A program made the position numbers and the translations under genes. The notes beneath the pieces are model-generated. The model ran no database searches. It saw only the letters and a list, made by a program, of their open reading frames with translations, and was not told the DNA's origin. From contig JAZAMN010000034.1 of assembly GCA_036229005.1 (NCBI GenBank), forward strand, positions 1 through 64,000: 64,000 nucleotides of DNA. Reading direction: 5' to 3'. Positions 19,318 through 29,225 of this stretch are shown piece after piece (position 1 is the first letter of the stretch; each line of letters opens with the position of its first letter). The stretch is from Myxococcota bacterium. Lineage in GTDB: Bacteria > Myxococcota_A > UBA796 > CAJQPC01.

Positions 19318-21018
19318 TCAGGGGTACAGGAAGTCGACCAGACGCCAGGCTGTGCGCATGCCGCTGGCGCGCTGGTCGTCGGGGACGGTGGGGGCCTTGT
19401 CGGGTGCGCGCTGGCTGCTGCGAGGCCGGGTGGGGTCGTCACGCTCGCCGCCCAGCACGTCGTTGGTGAGCAGGGACGCGTCCAGCACCAGCCAGACCTC
19501 GCTGGCGCCGACCTGGTGCTGAACGATGACGGGGCGCCCCAGATCGTCCAGGAGGAGGGGCCTCAGGTCCTGCTCGAGCACCAGCGGGCTCACCTCCAGA
19601 GGCTCCTGGGCAGGCGCGCCCGAGAAGACCTTGTGGTCCCGGCGAGGTGCGGCTGACTGCCACTGCACCCAGCTCGATCGGCGCGGGTCCTGGGTCTCGG
19701 CCAGGCTCAACCCCAGGGTCTGCAGGTGCTCGGGGTGCTCGGCGTCCACCAACACCACGGCGCGCTCACCGCTCTCCAGGAGCTGGCGCAGGTCGGCGCG
19801 CTCGGCCTCGGGCAGCACCAGCAGGCGCTTGGCGCTCACCGGCCGGTCGGCGGTGCAGAACTCGGGGGCCCCGGTGTGCTCAGAGAAGCGCTGGGACTGC
19901 ACCTGCAGCGTGCGGAAGCCGAACAGGGACGCCGAGGTGCACAGGCTGCGGGGCCCGCCCAGGGTGGTGACGCTGCTGGGGCCGCGCAGGTCCAGCGGGA
20001 GCGTGTCCCCTCCCCTGGCCCACTGCAGCGCGTTGGTGAAGACCCGCGCGTTGTCCTCGTAGCCCAGCAGGGTGCTGCCCCAAGCGTTCTGGTCGGCGAG
20101 CACGACCACCCGGCCCTGGCCCACCTGGCCGGCGATGATGACGGCGTGGGGGCCCTGGGGCTCGCCCTCGTCCTGGGAGAGGTTGCCGGTGAAGCCGCTG
20201 GAGTCGTGCTTCTTGTAGGGGTCCATCCAGTCGCGCCAGCCGGTCTCGGAGCTGGACATGACGGGGACGAACGCCGGGCCGGGCTCCAGGATGCCGCCGT
20301 TCATCCAGCCCACGCGCTCCACGCCCTCGGCCACGGGGTGCTCGCCGGGGACGGTCATCACGGCCCAGGCCCGGGAGCCGGGCGAGAGGGTGCGCGGGGG
20401 CAGCTCGCAGGCGGTGGCCGGGACGACCTCGAAGCCCAGGGCCTGGCTCAGGGGCTGGACCATCTCGGCGGAGAAGTAGCAGTTGGTGTGGTCGGTGATC
20501 AGCACCAGCCCGCCGCCGTGGCGCACGAAGGACTCCAGGGCCAGGACCTCGGAGTGGCGGAAGCCGGGGTTGTCGCCGGAGACCAGGTTGATGAACACCA
20601 TCGACGCGCCGGCCAGCACGCCGGGCGTGATGGGGTCGTAGACGGGCACCGGATCCGCGCCGACCTCCCGCAGGGGCTCGAAGGCGCGGTGCAACCCGTG
20701 CATGCGCGTGTAGCCGTACTCCTCCAGGCCCAGGAAGTCCTCCTCGGGCTGCTTGGAGGCGTGGCGGCGGTCGGAGATCACGGGCCCGCTGGGGTCCGGC
20801 GGCACCCGCTCCATCCACCAGTCGGCGTAGCCGCGCACGGCCCAGCCCCCCTCGGTGGACTTGAAGCTCCAGTAGCCCTCGGAGACCGCGTGCTCGGGCA
20901 GCGGGTCGATCCAGGGCTCGAAGCTGGGCCCCCGCTCCAGGCGCGGACCCACGACCACACCCAGGCCTGCGAGGGCCAACACCAGGAGGCCTGCGCCGAT
21001 GGCGACTGCGCGCTTCAT
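19318..21018 (-). CDS. Membrane-anchored/exported protein with a DUF4350/GATase1-like domain
   Basis: N-terminal hydrophobic helix; FVRHGGGLVLITDH, GQGRVVVLAD, DNARVFTNALQW. Confidence 0.6.
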   Translation of the reverse strand: MKRAVAIGAGLLVLALAGLGVVVGPRLERGPSFEPWIDPLPEHAVSEGYWSFKSTEGGWAVRGYADWWMERVPPDPSGPVISDRRHASKQPEEDFLGLEEYGYTRMHGLHRAFEPLREVGADPVPVYDPITPGVLAGASMVFINLVSGDNPGFRHSEVLALESFVRHGGGLVLITDHTNCYFSAEMVQPLSQALGFEVVPATACELPPRTLSPGSRAWAVMTVPGEHPVAEGVERVGWMNGGILEPGPAFVPVMSSSETGWRDWMDPYKKHDSSGFTGNLSQDEGEPQGPHAVIIAGQVGQGRVVVLADQNAWGSTLLGYEDNARVFTNALQWARGGDTLPLDLRGPSSVTTLGGPRSLCTSASLFGFRTLQVQSQRFSEHTGAPEFCTADRPVSAKRLLVLPEAERADLRQLLESGERAVVLVDAEHPEHLQTLGLSLAETQDPRRSSWVQWQSAAPRRDHKVFSGAPAQEPLEVSPLVLEQDLRPLLLDDLGRPVIVQHQVGASEVWLVLDASLLTNDVLGGERDDPTRPRSSQRAPDKAPTVPDDQRASGMRTAWRLVDFLYP

Positions 21019-22577
21019 GGGGCCTGTACCAGGATGCCGTCCTCCACTCCCGCGACCAGCACCCAGGGCTGCTCCAGCTCTCCGCCGGCGCGGAGGCCCA
21101 GGCTATCCCGCTGCCGGTCCACCTCCCAGCCCGCGTCCCGCGCCACGCGCATGCTGCGGCGCTCCGGATCCGCCCGGTCCACCCAGAGCCACGGGCCTTC
21201 CACGCGCAGGGTCGCCGGCTCGGGGGGCGCGACTGGGAAGCTGTTGGTGATCTTCTTGATCTGCAGCCCGGTCCCCAGTTGGTCCTGCAGGTAGGCCTCC
21301 ACCGAGTAGCCCGCCGCGCAGTACACGCTGCTCCGCCCCTGACGCCACATGCCAGCCATCCAGGGGTCGGTGTCCACCTGCACGCAGCGGTCGACCATCC
21401 ACAGGGTCTGCCCCGCGGGGACCTGCTGCGCCGCGTCCACCACCCCCAGGGTCAGGCTGCGGTCCATGGCCGCGGCCAGCGTCCACGCCCGGTCCTTGCG
21501 CACCAGCGGCGAGTTCGGCAGCAGCAGGCCCGCGACCACCACCCCCACCAGCTTGCCCCAGGGTGCTCTGGCCACCACCGCCGCGATGTAGACCCCGAAA
21601 CCGCACAGCGGCAGGTAGATGGTGCGCCGCGAGAACGCCGAGGTCACCCCCAGCAGCAGCAGCGGCAAGAGCGCGAGCAGCACGCCCACGCGCACGTTGA
21701 CCTCGTCTCGGCCGGCCCACCCCGCCCCCAGCAGCAGCGCCGTGAGCGTGCTCCCGACCAGGATCTGCTGGGTCGTGGTGGTGAACACCTCCTCCAGAGG
21801 CAGCGCCCAGCCCGCAGCGACCAGCTCCAAGGCCCCCGACTCCAGCACCACCTGCAGCCCGGCCGGCCTCAGGAAGGCGCCGACGTAGCCCCCTGCCCCA
21901 CCCAGCACCCAGGTCCGCAGCGCCAGGTACAGCGCCGTGCCCGCCGCCAGCCCTCCGAAGGCCCCCAGCGCCTTGCGCGCGCCGTGGCGGTCCCAGAGCA
22001 CCGCAATCACCAGCGGCAGCGCGGAGAGCATCGTCTCCTTGCTCCCCACCGCCAGCAGCGCGAGCAGCACCGCGAGCACCACGCGCCCTCCGAGAGAGGC
22101 CAGCAGCGCGCCCAGGACAAAGGCCGTCCCCAGCATGTCCGGGCTGCGGTCCAGCGCCGGCACCACGTCCATCCCCAGCGGGTGCAGCCCCACCAGCGCG
22201 GCCGCGCCCAGGGCCTCCCAGTCCGAGCCCCCCATCTTGCGCGAGAGGCCCCCGACCAGGGTCACGCACAGCAGGTGCAGCCCCAGATCGGCGCCCTGCC
22301 AGCCCGCCCCCCAGGTCCCGAAGCCCCCCCGCAGCAGGGAGAACCAGAGCATGGCGATGGGCCGGTAGAAGTTCGCGTTGTCACCAGCCACGCCCTGGGT
22401 CAGCGGCGCGAACACCTGTGCACCCAGCTCCCCCAGCGAGGTCACCCTGGCGCCCGCCACGTCCGCCCAGCCATCCACGGAGTTCACCCCCAGCGCCGGG
22501 GTGAAGCGGTAGGCCCAGAGCACGGCCAGCAGGAGCAGCGCCCCCGCCACGACCGGCGCCAGCCGCTCCCGACTCAG
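21015..22577 (-). CDS. Polytopic membrane protein, GT-C (TMTC/PMT/ArnT-like) glycosyltransferase candidate
   Basis: FYRP, LHLLC, LHPL..DVV, SKET motifs and many TM segments; start uncertain (CTG at 22577 or GTG at 22550). Confidence 0.6.
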   Translation of the reverse strand: MSRERLAPVVAGALLLLAVLWAYRFTPALGVNSVDGWADVAGARVTSLGELGAQVFAPLTQGVAGDNANFYRPIAMLWFSLLRGGFGTWGAGWQGADLGLHLLCVTLVGGLSRKMGGSDWEALGAAALVGLHPLGMDVVPALDRSPDMLGTAFVLGALLASLGGRVVLAVLLALLAVGSKETMLSALPLVIAVLWDRHGARKALGAFGGLAAGTALYLALRTWVLGGAGGYVGAFLRPAGLQVVLESGALELVAAGWALPLEEVFTTTTQQILVGSTLTALLLGAGWAGRDEVNVRVGVLLALLPLLLLGVTSAFSRRTIYLPLCGFGVYIAAVVARAPWGKLVGVVVAGLLLPNSPLVRKDRAWTLAAAMDRSLTLGVVDAAQQVPAGQTLWMVDRCVQVDTDPWMAGMWRQGRSSVYCAAGYSVEAYLQDQLGTGLQIKKITNSFPVAPPEPATLRVEGPWLWVDRADPERRSMRVARDAGWEVDRQRDSLGLRAGGELEQPWVLVAGVEDGILVQAP

Positions 22578-23620
22578 GAGCCGGACACCGGGAGCAGTCC
22601 CCGGTCCTGCAGCAGCTCCAGGTTGCCCAGCGCGGCGCCCGCGGCCCCCCGCAGGGTGTTGTGGGCCAGGGCGTAGAACTTGAGCCCCATCACCGGACAG
22701 ACCTCGACCCGGCCGATGGACACCGCCATGCCCTGCCCGCGCTGGATGTCCATGCGCGGCTGGGGCCGGTCCCGCTGCGGGAGCAGGTGGTAGAGCGGGC
22801 TGGGGACCGAGGGGAGCTCCAGGCCGTGGTCGTAGCTGCGCCAGGCCTCCAGGGCCTGCTCCGGGGTGCAGGGCCGCTCGAAGGAGACCTGGGCGGAGAT
22901 CAGGTGCCCGTCCGCAGTCGGCACCCGCACTGCCCTGGCCGAGACCGGGAAAGCCGCAGGAGCGTCCATGCTGCCCAGGATCTTCTGGGGCTCGATGCCC
23001 AGCTTCTCCTCCTCGTTGCCGGGGTGCGGGTGCACGTTGGCGACCATGTCCCAGGCGCTCTCGCCCGGGTAGCCCGCCCCCGAGACCGCCTGCCAGGTGC
23101 TCGCGCACACCGCCTTCACGCCGAAGGCCTCGTGCAGCGGTGCCAGGGCCAGGGCCAGCGGGATCGCGCAGCAGTTGGGGTTGGTCACGATGTAGCCCGC
23201 GCCGGGCTGGCGCTGGATGAGGCCCAGGTGCTCCGGGTTCACCTCGGGGATGACCAGGGGCACGATGGGGTCATCGCGGTAGGCGGAGGCGTTGGACACC
23301 ACCGCGAACCCCGCCGACCGGAACTCCGCCTCCACCGCCTTGGCCGGCCGCGAGGGCATCGCGGACAGCGCGACCTTGAGCTGGGGCACCGCCTGGGGCT
23401 CGCAGGGCAGCACCGGCATCTCGGCGATCCCGGCGGGGATGTCCCCGGGGAGCCGCCAGGTGCAGGCCTCGCCATAGCTGCGCCCCACGGAGCGCTCGGA
23501 GGCGCAGAGCGCCCCCACCTTGAACCAGGGGTGCTCCGCCAGGAGCTGGATCAGGCGCTGGCCGACCATGCCGGTCGCGCCGAGCACGGCGACGGGAATG
23601 CGCTGTTGGGGTGCGGGCAT
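22574..23620 (-). CDS. asd: Aspartate-semialdehyde dehydrogenase, archaeal/fungal type
   Basis: LGATGMVGQR, HPWF, ASERSVG, SNASAYR, PEVN, NPNC, QAVSGAGYPG, HNTLRGAAG. Confidence 0.93.
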   Translation of the reverse strand: MPAPQQRIPVAVLGATGMVGQRLIQLLAEHPWFKVGALCASERSVGRSYGEACTWRLPGDIPAGIAEMPVLPCEPQAVPQLKVALSAMPSRPAKAVEAEFRSAGFAVVSNASAYRDDPIVPLVIPEVNPEHLGLIQRQPGAGYIVTNPNCCAIPLALALAPLHEAFGVKAVCASTWQAVSGAGYPGESAWDMVANVHPHPGNEEEKLGIEPQKILGSMDAPAAFPVSARAVRVPTADGHLISAQVSFERPCTPEQALEAWRSYDHGLELPSVPSPLYHLLPQRDRPQPRMDIQRGQGMAVSIGRVEVCPVMGLKFYALAHNTLRGAAGAALGNLELLQDRGLLPVSGS

Positions 23621-24513
23621 CACTGTCCTCGAGGGTGGCTGTCCGCGTGCACCCGGCGAAGTCGCTCGCGGGCCACGTGGGTGTAGATCTGTGTGGTGGA
23701 GATGTCGGCGTGGCCCAGCATGGCCTGCACCGCGCGCAGGTCCGCGCCATTCTCCAACAGGTGGGTGGCGAAGCTGTGTCGCAGCTTGTGGGGGCTGACG
23801 CGCTCGCTGGCGATGCCGCAGAGCGTCGCGTAGCGCTTGATGCGCACCCAGAACGCCTTGCGGCTGATGTGCCCCCCCCGCGGCGAGGGGAAGACCCAGG
23901 GCGAGCGCTGCCGGGGATCCAGCTCCCGGCGCCCCCCGGACATCCACCCCACCAGGGCCTGCGCGGCCAGCGGCCCCGTGGGGACCAGCCGCTCCTTGTC
24001 GCCCTTTCCGGTCACCAGCAGCAGCCCCCGCTCGAGCTGCAGGTTCCGGGCCTCCAGGCTCACGAGCTCACTCACGCGCAGCCCGCAGCTATAGAGGAGC
24101 TGCATCATCGTGGCGTCCCGGTGGCCGATCAGGCTGCTGCGATCCGGCGCCGCCAGCAGGGCCTCGACCTCGCGCCTGGAGAGCACCTGGGGCAGCGGGC
24201 TCAGGTGCTTGGGGGCCTGCACCAGCACGCTGGGGTCCTGCTCCAGCCGCCCCTCGCGCACCAGGAAGCGGAAGAGCTGCCGGAAGGCGCTGCGGTGTCG
24301 GGTCGCCGTGCGCTCCCCCCGCCCCGTGTCCAGGAGGAAGGCCATGTAGGCGCTCAGGTCTTCTCGGCGCACCGCCTCGGGCCGCTCGATGCCCCGCCCC
24401 GCCAGAAAGCGCTGCAGCTCAGCGAGGTCCCGCTGGTAGGCCTGCACCGTGTTGTCCGAGAGCCGCCGCTCCACCCGGGCGAAGCTCAGGTAGCCCTCCA
24501 GGGCCGCCTCCAT
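23620..24513 (-). CDS. xerD: Tyrosine recombinase XerD
   Basis: LSDNTVQAYQRDL, GLRVSEL, GKGDKERLVP, HKLRHSFATHLLENGADLR, LGHADISTTQIY. Confidence 0.93.
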   Translation of the reverse strand: MEAALEGYLSFARVERRLSDNTVQAYQRDLAELQRFLAGRGIERPEAVRREDLSAYMAFLLDTGRGERTATRHRSAFRQLFRFLVREGRLEQDPSVLVQAPKHLSPLPQVLSRREVEALLAAPDRSSLIGHRDATMMQLLYSCGLRVSELVSLEARNLQLERGLLLVTGKGDKERLVPTGPLAAQALVGWMSGGRRELDPRQRSPWVFPSPRGGHISRKAFWVRIKRYATLCGIASERVSPHKLRHSFATHLLENGADLRAVQAMLGHADISTTQIYTHVARERLRRVHADSHPRGQ

Positions 24514-27092
24514 CAGCCCAGCTCCTTGAGCCTGTAGAGCGCGTCCAGCGCCTGCCGCGGGGTGAGCGCGTCCGGATCGATGTCCGCGAGGGCCTCGCGC
24601 AGCGAATCGGTGACCTCGCTTGCGGGCGCAGGTGCCGGGGTTGGATCTGCGGGCGCGCGGCCAAAGAGGGAGAGCTGCGGTCCCGGGTTGGCCCGGTTGT
24701 GCTTCTCCAGCTCCACAAGCAGGGTCTTGGCCCGGTCGACCACCCCCTGCGGCATGCCCGCCAGGCGCGCACACTGGATGCCGTAGCTGCGCGAGGTGCC
24801 GCCATCCTTGAGGCGCCGCAAGAAGAGGATGCGGTCCCCCCACTCGCTCACCGCCACGGACACGTTCGCGACGTTCGCGCGGGTGTCCGCCAGCTCCAGC
24901 AGCTCGTGGTAGTGGGTGGCGAAGAGGGTGCGGGCGCGGACCTGGTCGTGCAGCGCCTCGGCGACGGACCACGCGATGGCCACGCCGTCGTAGGTGCTGG
25001 TCCCGCGGCCGATCTCGTCCAGGATGACCAGCGAGCGCTCGGTGGCGTGGTGCAGGATGTTGGCCGTCTCGGACATCTCCACCATGAAGGTGCTGCGGCC
25101 CGTCGCCAGGTCGTCGCTGGCGCCCACGCGGGTGAAGATGCGGTCGCAGATCCCGATCTGCGCGGCGCTGGCGGGCACGAAAGAGCCGAGCTGCGCCATC
25201 AGGGCGATCAGCGCGGTCTGCCGCATGATGGTGCTCTTGCCGCTCATGTTCGGACCGGTGACCAGCAGGACCTGACGCCCAGCGGGGTCCAGGTGCAGGT
25301 CGTTGGGCACGAAAGCTTCGCCCAGGTCCATCTGCTCGACCACGGGGTGGCGCCCCGCCTCGATGCGCAGCGCCCGCGAGGTGTCGATGACCGGCCGCAC
25401 ATAGTGGTTGTCGCTGGCCAGCTCCGCCAGCGCCCCGTAGACGTCCAGCTCGGCCAGGCAGCGCGCGACCGCCTGCAGACGCCCAACGTGCTCCCCCAGC
25501 GCATCCCGGAGCTCCACGAACAGGCCGTGCTCCAGGGCCTTGCGGCGCTCGTCGGCGCCCAGGACCTTCTCTTCGAGCTCCTTGAGCTCCGGGGTGATGT
25601 AGCGCTCGGCGTTGGTGAGCGTCTGCTTGCGCAGGTAGTGCTCCGGGACCCGGTGCAGGTTGGCCTTGGAGACCTCGATGAAGTAGCCAAAGACCTTGTT
25701 GTACTTGACCTTCAGGCTGCTGATCCCCGTGACCTCCCGCTCCTCCTGCTCCATCTTCGCGATGATGGACTTCCCTTCTCGGGAGAGGGTCACCAGCTCG
25801 TCCAGCTCTGGGTCCACCCCCTGACGGAACAGGCCCCCCTCCGTGAGCGCCACAGGAGGCTCATCAACGAGGTCACGCTGGATGCGCGCGGCCACGTCAG
25901 ACGCCGGATCCCGGGGCACCAGGTGCGCCAGCGCGGGCTTTGCCGACACCGCCTCGGTCACCTGCGGGAGGGCCAGCAGCGACTCGGCCAGGCGCACCAG
26001 ATCGCGGGCGTTGGCGGTGCGCTGGGCCAGCTTGGAGGCCAGGCGCTCGATGTCCGAGACCTGCTTGAGGGCGGCGACCAGGTCGGCCCGGCTCAGGCCG
26101 TCATCCACCAGGGACTCGACGGCGTCCAGGCGCGCCCGGATGCGCTCGGGGTCCAGCAGCGGGTAGCTCAGCCACTCCCGCAGCATGCGCCCGCCCATCG
26201 CGGTGGCGCTGCGGTCCATCAGGCCCAGGAGCGTGCCGCTGCGGCCGCTGCCCATCAGGGGCTTGAAGAGCTCCAGGTTCCGGCGCGTGGCGGCGTCCAG
26301 GACCATGAACCCGGAGACGGCGTAGGGACGCAGGCCCCGGAGCTGGGGGAGCTCACCGCGCAGGTTGTGCCGGGCGTAGTCGAGCACCGCGACCGCGGCG
26401 GCCAGGCTGGGGCCCAGATCCTCGGCGCCGAAGCCGGACAGGTCCCGGACCTCCAGGCGACGCGCGAGCTCCTGCTGGGCGGCCGGCACGTCGAAGCGGG
26501 TGTCGTGGATGGGGTTGAGGGCGACGCCGCGCAGGGCCTCGACCAGCTCGGCGTCCTCCTGCAGCGAGGCGGGCAGCACCACCTCCCGGGGGGAGATGCG
26601 CGCGAGCTCCTCCAGCACCTGATCGCGGCCCTGGGGCTCGGTCACCCGCAGGTCGCCGGTGGTCACGTCCAGCAGCGCGAGTCCCCAGGTGGGGGTGTGC
26701 AGCAGCCCGACCAGCCAGCAGGCCTCGCGGGGGTTGGCGGACTCGGGGTCCAAGGCCACGCCCGGACTCACCACCCGGACGATGTCCCGGCGCACCAGGC
26801 CCTTGGCCTGCTTGGGGTCCTCGACCTGGTCGGCGATGGCGACCTTGTGGCCGCGCTCCACCAGGGTCTGGATGTAGCCCCGGGCGGCGTGGTGCGGCAC
26901 CCCGGCCATGGGGATGGGGTCGTCCGCGCCCTTGTTCCGGGAGGTCAGGGTGAGCTCCAGCTCCTGCGCGGCCAGCTTGGCGTCGTCGAAGAAGAGCTCG
27001 TAGAAGTCGCCCATGCGGAAGAAGAGCATGGCGTCGGGCACCTGGGCGCGGAGCTCCAGGTACTGGCGGAACATGGGGGTGTCGCGGCTCAT
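24513..27092 (-). CDS. mutS: DNA mismatch repair protein MutS
   Basis: TPMFRQY, FRMGDFYELF, GPNMSGKS, STFMVEM, DEIGRGTST, C-terminal clamp motif QLSLF. Confidence 0.98.
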   Translation of the reverse strand: MSRDTPMFRQYLELRAQVPDAMLFFRMGDFYELFFDDAKLAAQELELTLTSRNKGADDPIPMAGVPHHAARGYIQTLVERGHKVAIADQVEDPKQAKGLVRRDIVRVVSPGVALDPESANPREACWLVGLLHTPTWGLALLDVTTGDLRVTEPQGRDQVLEELARISPREVVLPASLQEDAELVEALRGVALNPIHDTRFDVPAAQQELARRLEVRDLSGFGAEDLGPSLAAAVAVLDYARHNLRGELPQLRGLRPYAVSGFMVLDAATRRNLELFKPLMGSGRSGTLLGLMDRSATAMGGRMLREWLSYPLLDPERIRARLDAVESLVDDGLSRADLVAALKQVSDIERLASKLAQRTANARDLVRLAESLLALPQVTEAVSAKPALAHLVPRDPASDVAARIQRDLVDEPPVALTEGGLFRQGVDPELDELVTLSREGKSIIAKMEQEEREVTGISSLKVKYNKVFGYFIEVSKANLHRVPEHYLRKQTLTNAERYITPELKELEEKVLGADERRKALEHGLFVELRDALGEHVGRLQAVARCLAELDVYGALAELASDNHYVRPVIDTSRALRIEAGRHPVVEQMDLGEAFVPNDLHLDPAGRQVLLVTGPNMSGKSTIMRQTALIALMAQLGSFVPASAAQIGICDRIFTRVGASDDLATGRSTFMVEMSETANILHHATERSLVILDEIGRGTSTYDGVAIAWSVAEALHDQVRARTLFATHYHELLELADTRANVANVSVAVSEWGDRILFLRRLKDGGTSRSYGIQCARLAGMPQGVVDRAKTLLVELEKHNRANPGPQLSLFGRAPADPTPAPAPASEVTDSLREALADIDPDALTPRQALDALYRLKELG

Positions 27093-28309
27093 GTCCCCTC
27101 CCCGGCCCGCAGCAGGCGCGCGGCGAAGAAGGCGTCCTCGTGGGCGCTGGGGGGTGCGGTCTCCAGGGTGGCGTCCAGGGTCCACTCGGGGTGGTGGGCC
27201 ACGAAGTCCTGGACCACCTGGATCCCCTCCTCCGGCTCCGGCGAGCAGACCGCGTAGACGATGCGGCCGCCGGGGCGCACCCGCTCGGCGACGCGCTCCA
27301 GGATCAGGCTCTGGGTGAGGCTGTGCGCGGCGGGATCCCCGGGCTGGCGGCTCCAGCGGATCTCGGGGTGGCGGCGGGTGGTCCCCAGCCCCGAGCAGGG
27401 CGCATCGACCAGCGCGGCGTCGAAGGGGCCCAGCTCCGGCTGCGCGAGGGTCCAGTCGGCGGCCTGGTACCGGGCCTTGAGCCCCGTGCGGTCCAGGGAG
27501 TGCTGGAGGCGCTCCAGACGCTCAGCGCTGCGGTCGGTGGCGAACACGTTGGCACCCTGAGCGGCCATGCGCAGGGTCTTCCCGCCGGGGGCGGCGCAGG
27601 CGTCCAGCACGGACTCACCGGGCTGCACCTGGAGCAGGTCGGCGGTGGCGGCGGCGGCGGGGTCCATGACCCACCAGTGGCCCTCGGAGTAGCCCGGCAG
27701 CTCCTCGACTTTGCCCTTGGTGTCGACCCAGCGCAGGCCCGGGACGGCCTGTCCGGCGGTGGACCCAGGTGTGCCGGCGGGACCCAGCCCCTCCTCCCCC
27801 TTCATGCAGACGGCCAAGGGGGCGGGCTCGGACATGCGCGCGCACCACTGGGCGACGGGCTCCTTGCCGTAGCGCTGCTCCCAACGCTCGATGAGCCAGG
27901 CGGGGTGGTCCAGGGTGGGGTCGTCCGGGAGCGTGGCCTTGGCGCCCTTGCGGAGCACCGCGTTGACGAAGCCGCTGGCCCGCCCGACCTTGAGCTTGCG
28001 GGAGAGCTGCACGGCCTGATCCACCGCGGCGTGGGCGGGGGTGCGCATGCACTGGAGCTCGTAGAGGCCGATGCGCAGCACGGTGAGCACCGGCGCGTCC
28101 AGCTTCTGCAGAGGCTGCTTGGAGAAGCCACTGAGCACCGCATCCAGCGCCCCTCGCCGGCGAAGCACGCCAAAGGTGATGGCGCGCGCCAGGGGCATCT
28201 CGCTGGAGTCGGGGAGGAGGGACTGGAGGGTGCTGTCTGCGTGACGGCCCACCTCCACGTCAAGCAGGGCCCGCGCAGCAGCCAGGCGCCCTGGGTTCAA
28301 GCGAGGCAT
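27089..28309 (-). CDS. rsmB: 16S rRNA m5C967 methyltransferase (RsmB/Sun)
   Basis: NusB-like N-terminal domain (SGFVNAVLR), DACAAPGGKT, DAPCSGLG, RRHPEIRW. Confidence 0.9.
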   Translation of the reverse strand: MPRLNPGRLAAARALLDVEVGRHADSTLQSLLPDSSEMPLARAITFGVLRRRGALDAVLSGFSKQPLQKLDAPVLTVLRIGLYELQCMRTPAHAAVDQAVQLSRKLKVGRASGFVNAVLRKGAKATLPDDPTLDHPAWLIERWEQRYGKEPVAQWCARMSEPAPLAVCMKGEEGLGPAGTPGSTAGQAVPGLRWVDTKGKVEELPGYSEGHWWVMDPAAAATADLLQVQPGESVLDACAAPGGKTLRMAAQGANVFATDRSAERLERLQHSLDRTGLKARYQAADWTLAQPELGPFDAALVDAPCSGLGTTRRHPEIRWSRQPGDPAAHSLTQSLILERVAERVRPGGRIVYAVCSPEPEEGIQVVQDFVAHHPEWTLDATLETAPPSAHEDAFFAARLLRAGEGT

Positions 28310-29215
28310 TCAGGGGGCCTGTTGCAGGGCGATGAGCTCGGAGACGATCTGACTCTCGGGCAGCCCCCGCAGTCGCCAGCCATCCAGGAAGAATGCGGGG
28401 TCACCGCGCACGCCGGCGCTCTCTGCCGCCTGCTGGTGGGCCTCGAGCAGCTCGCCCTGGTTGAAGAGGTCACCGCGGAAGCGCCCCATGTCCAGGCCGA
28501 TCTGCTCGGCCGCCTGGAGCACGACGGTGCGGTCGACTTCCTGCGAGACGAGCAGCGCCTGGTGCATCTCCTTCCACTTGCCCTGGCTGGCCGCGGCCAA
28601 TACGCCCCGGGCGGCGACGTCCGACTGCACGTGGCGCTCGGGTGCCCAGAACAGCGGCTGGAGGCGCAGGCTGGGGAACTCGGCCTGGAGCTGGATGGCG
28701 TGGGCCCAGGACTGCCCGCAGAAGGGGCTCTCGTAGTCCGTGACCACCAGCAGCACCGGGCCCTCCCCCGTCTCGGCGGGGCCCCCCAGCTCGGGCAGAT
28801 CCACCCACCCTTCGGTGAAGCGCAGGCTCTCCAGGACCTCGGCGTCGCTGCTGCCCTGCGCGATCAGGCCGCCCGCATAGCGCGCGACCCGGGTCTGGAC
28901 GGGGCAGGTGGCCAGGCAGTCGGAGGCGGAGATACCCTCCAGGATGCAGCTCGCGCAGGCGCCGTAGCTCTGGTTGAGGGCCTGCAGGAGCTTCTGGGCC
29001 TGGTCCGGCTCCAACCCCTCGGCCAGCTCGGCGGGGAGGGTCTGGAGGGTGCCGGGCTTGAGCTGCAGGCGCCCATCGGCCATGCGGTCCTGGTCGACCG
29101 CGATGTCCCCGGCGGGGGTGCTGCGCTTGCTGGCGATGGGCTCGATTGTGGTGGGCGTACCAGGCTCCGAGGGAGCGCTCTGGCAGCCCAGGAGCAGGGC
29201 GACGATGAGGGTCAC
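28310..29215 (-). CDS. DsbA/thioredoxin-fold lipoprotein with an SxxC active site
   Basis: Lipobox LLGC; TDYESPFC; GVRGDPAFFLDG; GKWKEMH. Confidence 0.75.
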   Translation of the reverse strand: MTLIVALLLGCQSAPSEPGTPTTIEPIASKRSTPAGDIAVDQDRMADGRLQLKPGTLQTLPAELAEGLEPDQAQKLLQALNQSYGACASCILEGISASDCLATCPVQTRVARYAGGLIAQGSSDAEVLESLRFTEGWVDLPELGGPAETGEGPVLLVVTDYESPFCGQSWAHAIQLQAEFPSLRLQPLFWAPERHVQSDVAARGVLAAASQGKWKEMHQALLVSQEVDRTVVLQAAEQIGLDMGRFRGDLFNQGELLEAHQQAAESAGVRGDPAFFLDGWRLRGLPESQIVSELIALQQAP

Positions 29216-29225
29216 GACAAGGGCC

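Noticed and set aside
23620..24513. Tyrosine recombinase as the integrase of a mobile element
   Set aside because: XerD-specific motifs, coupling to mutS and asd, and no att sites, tRNA or cargo genes.
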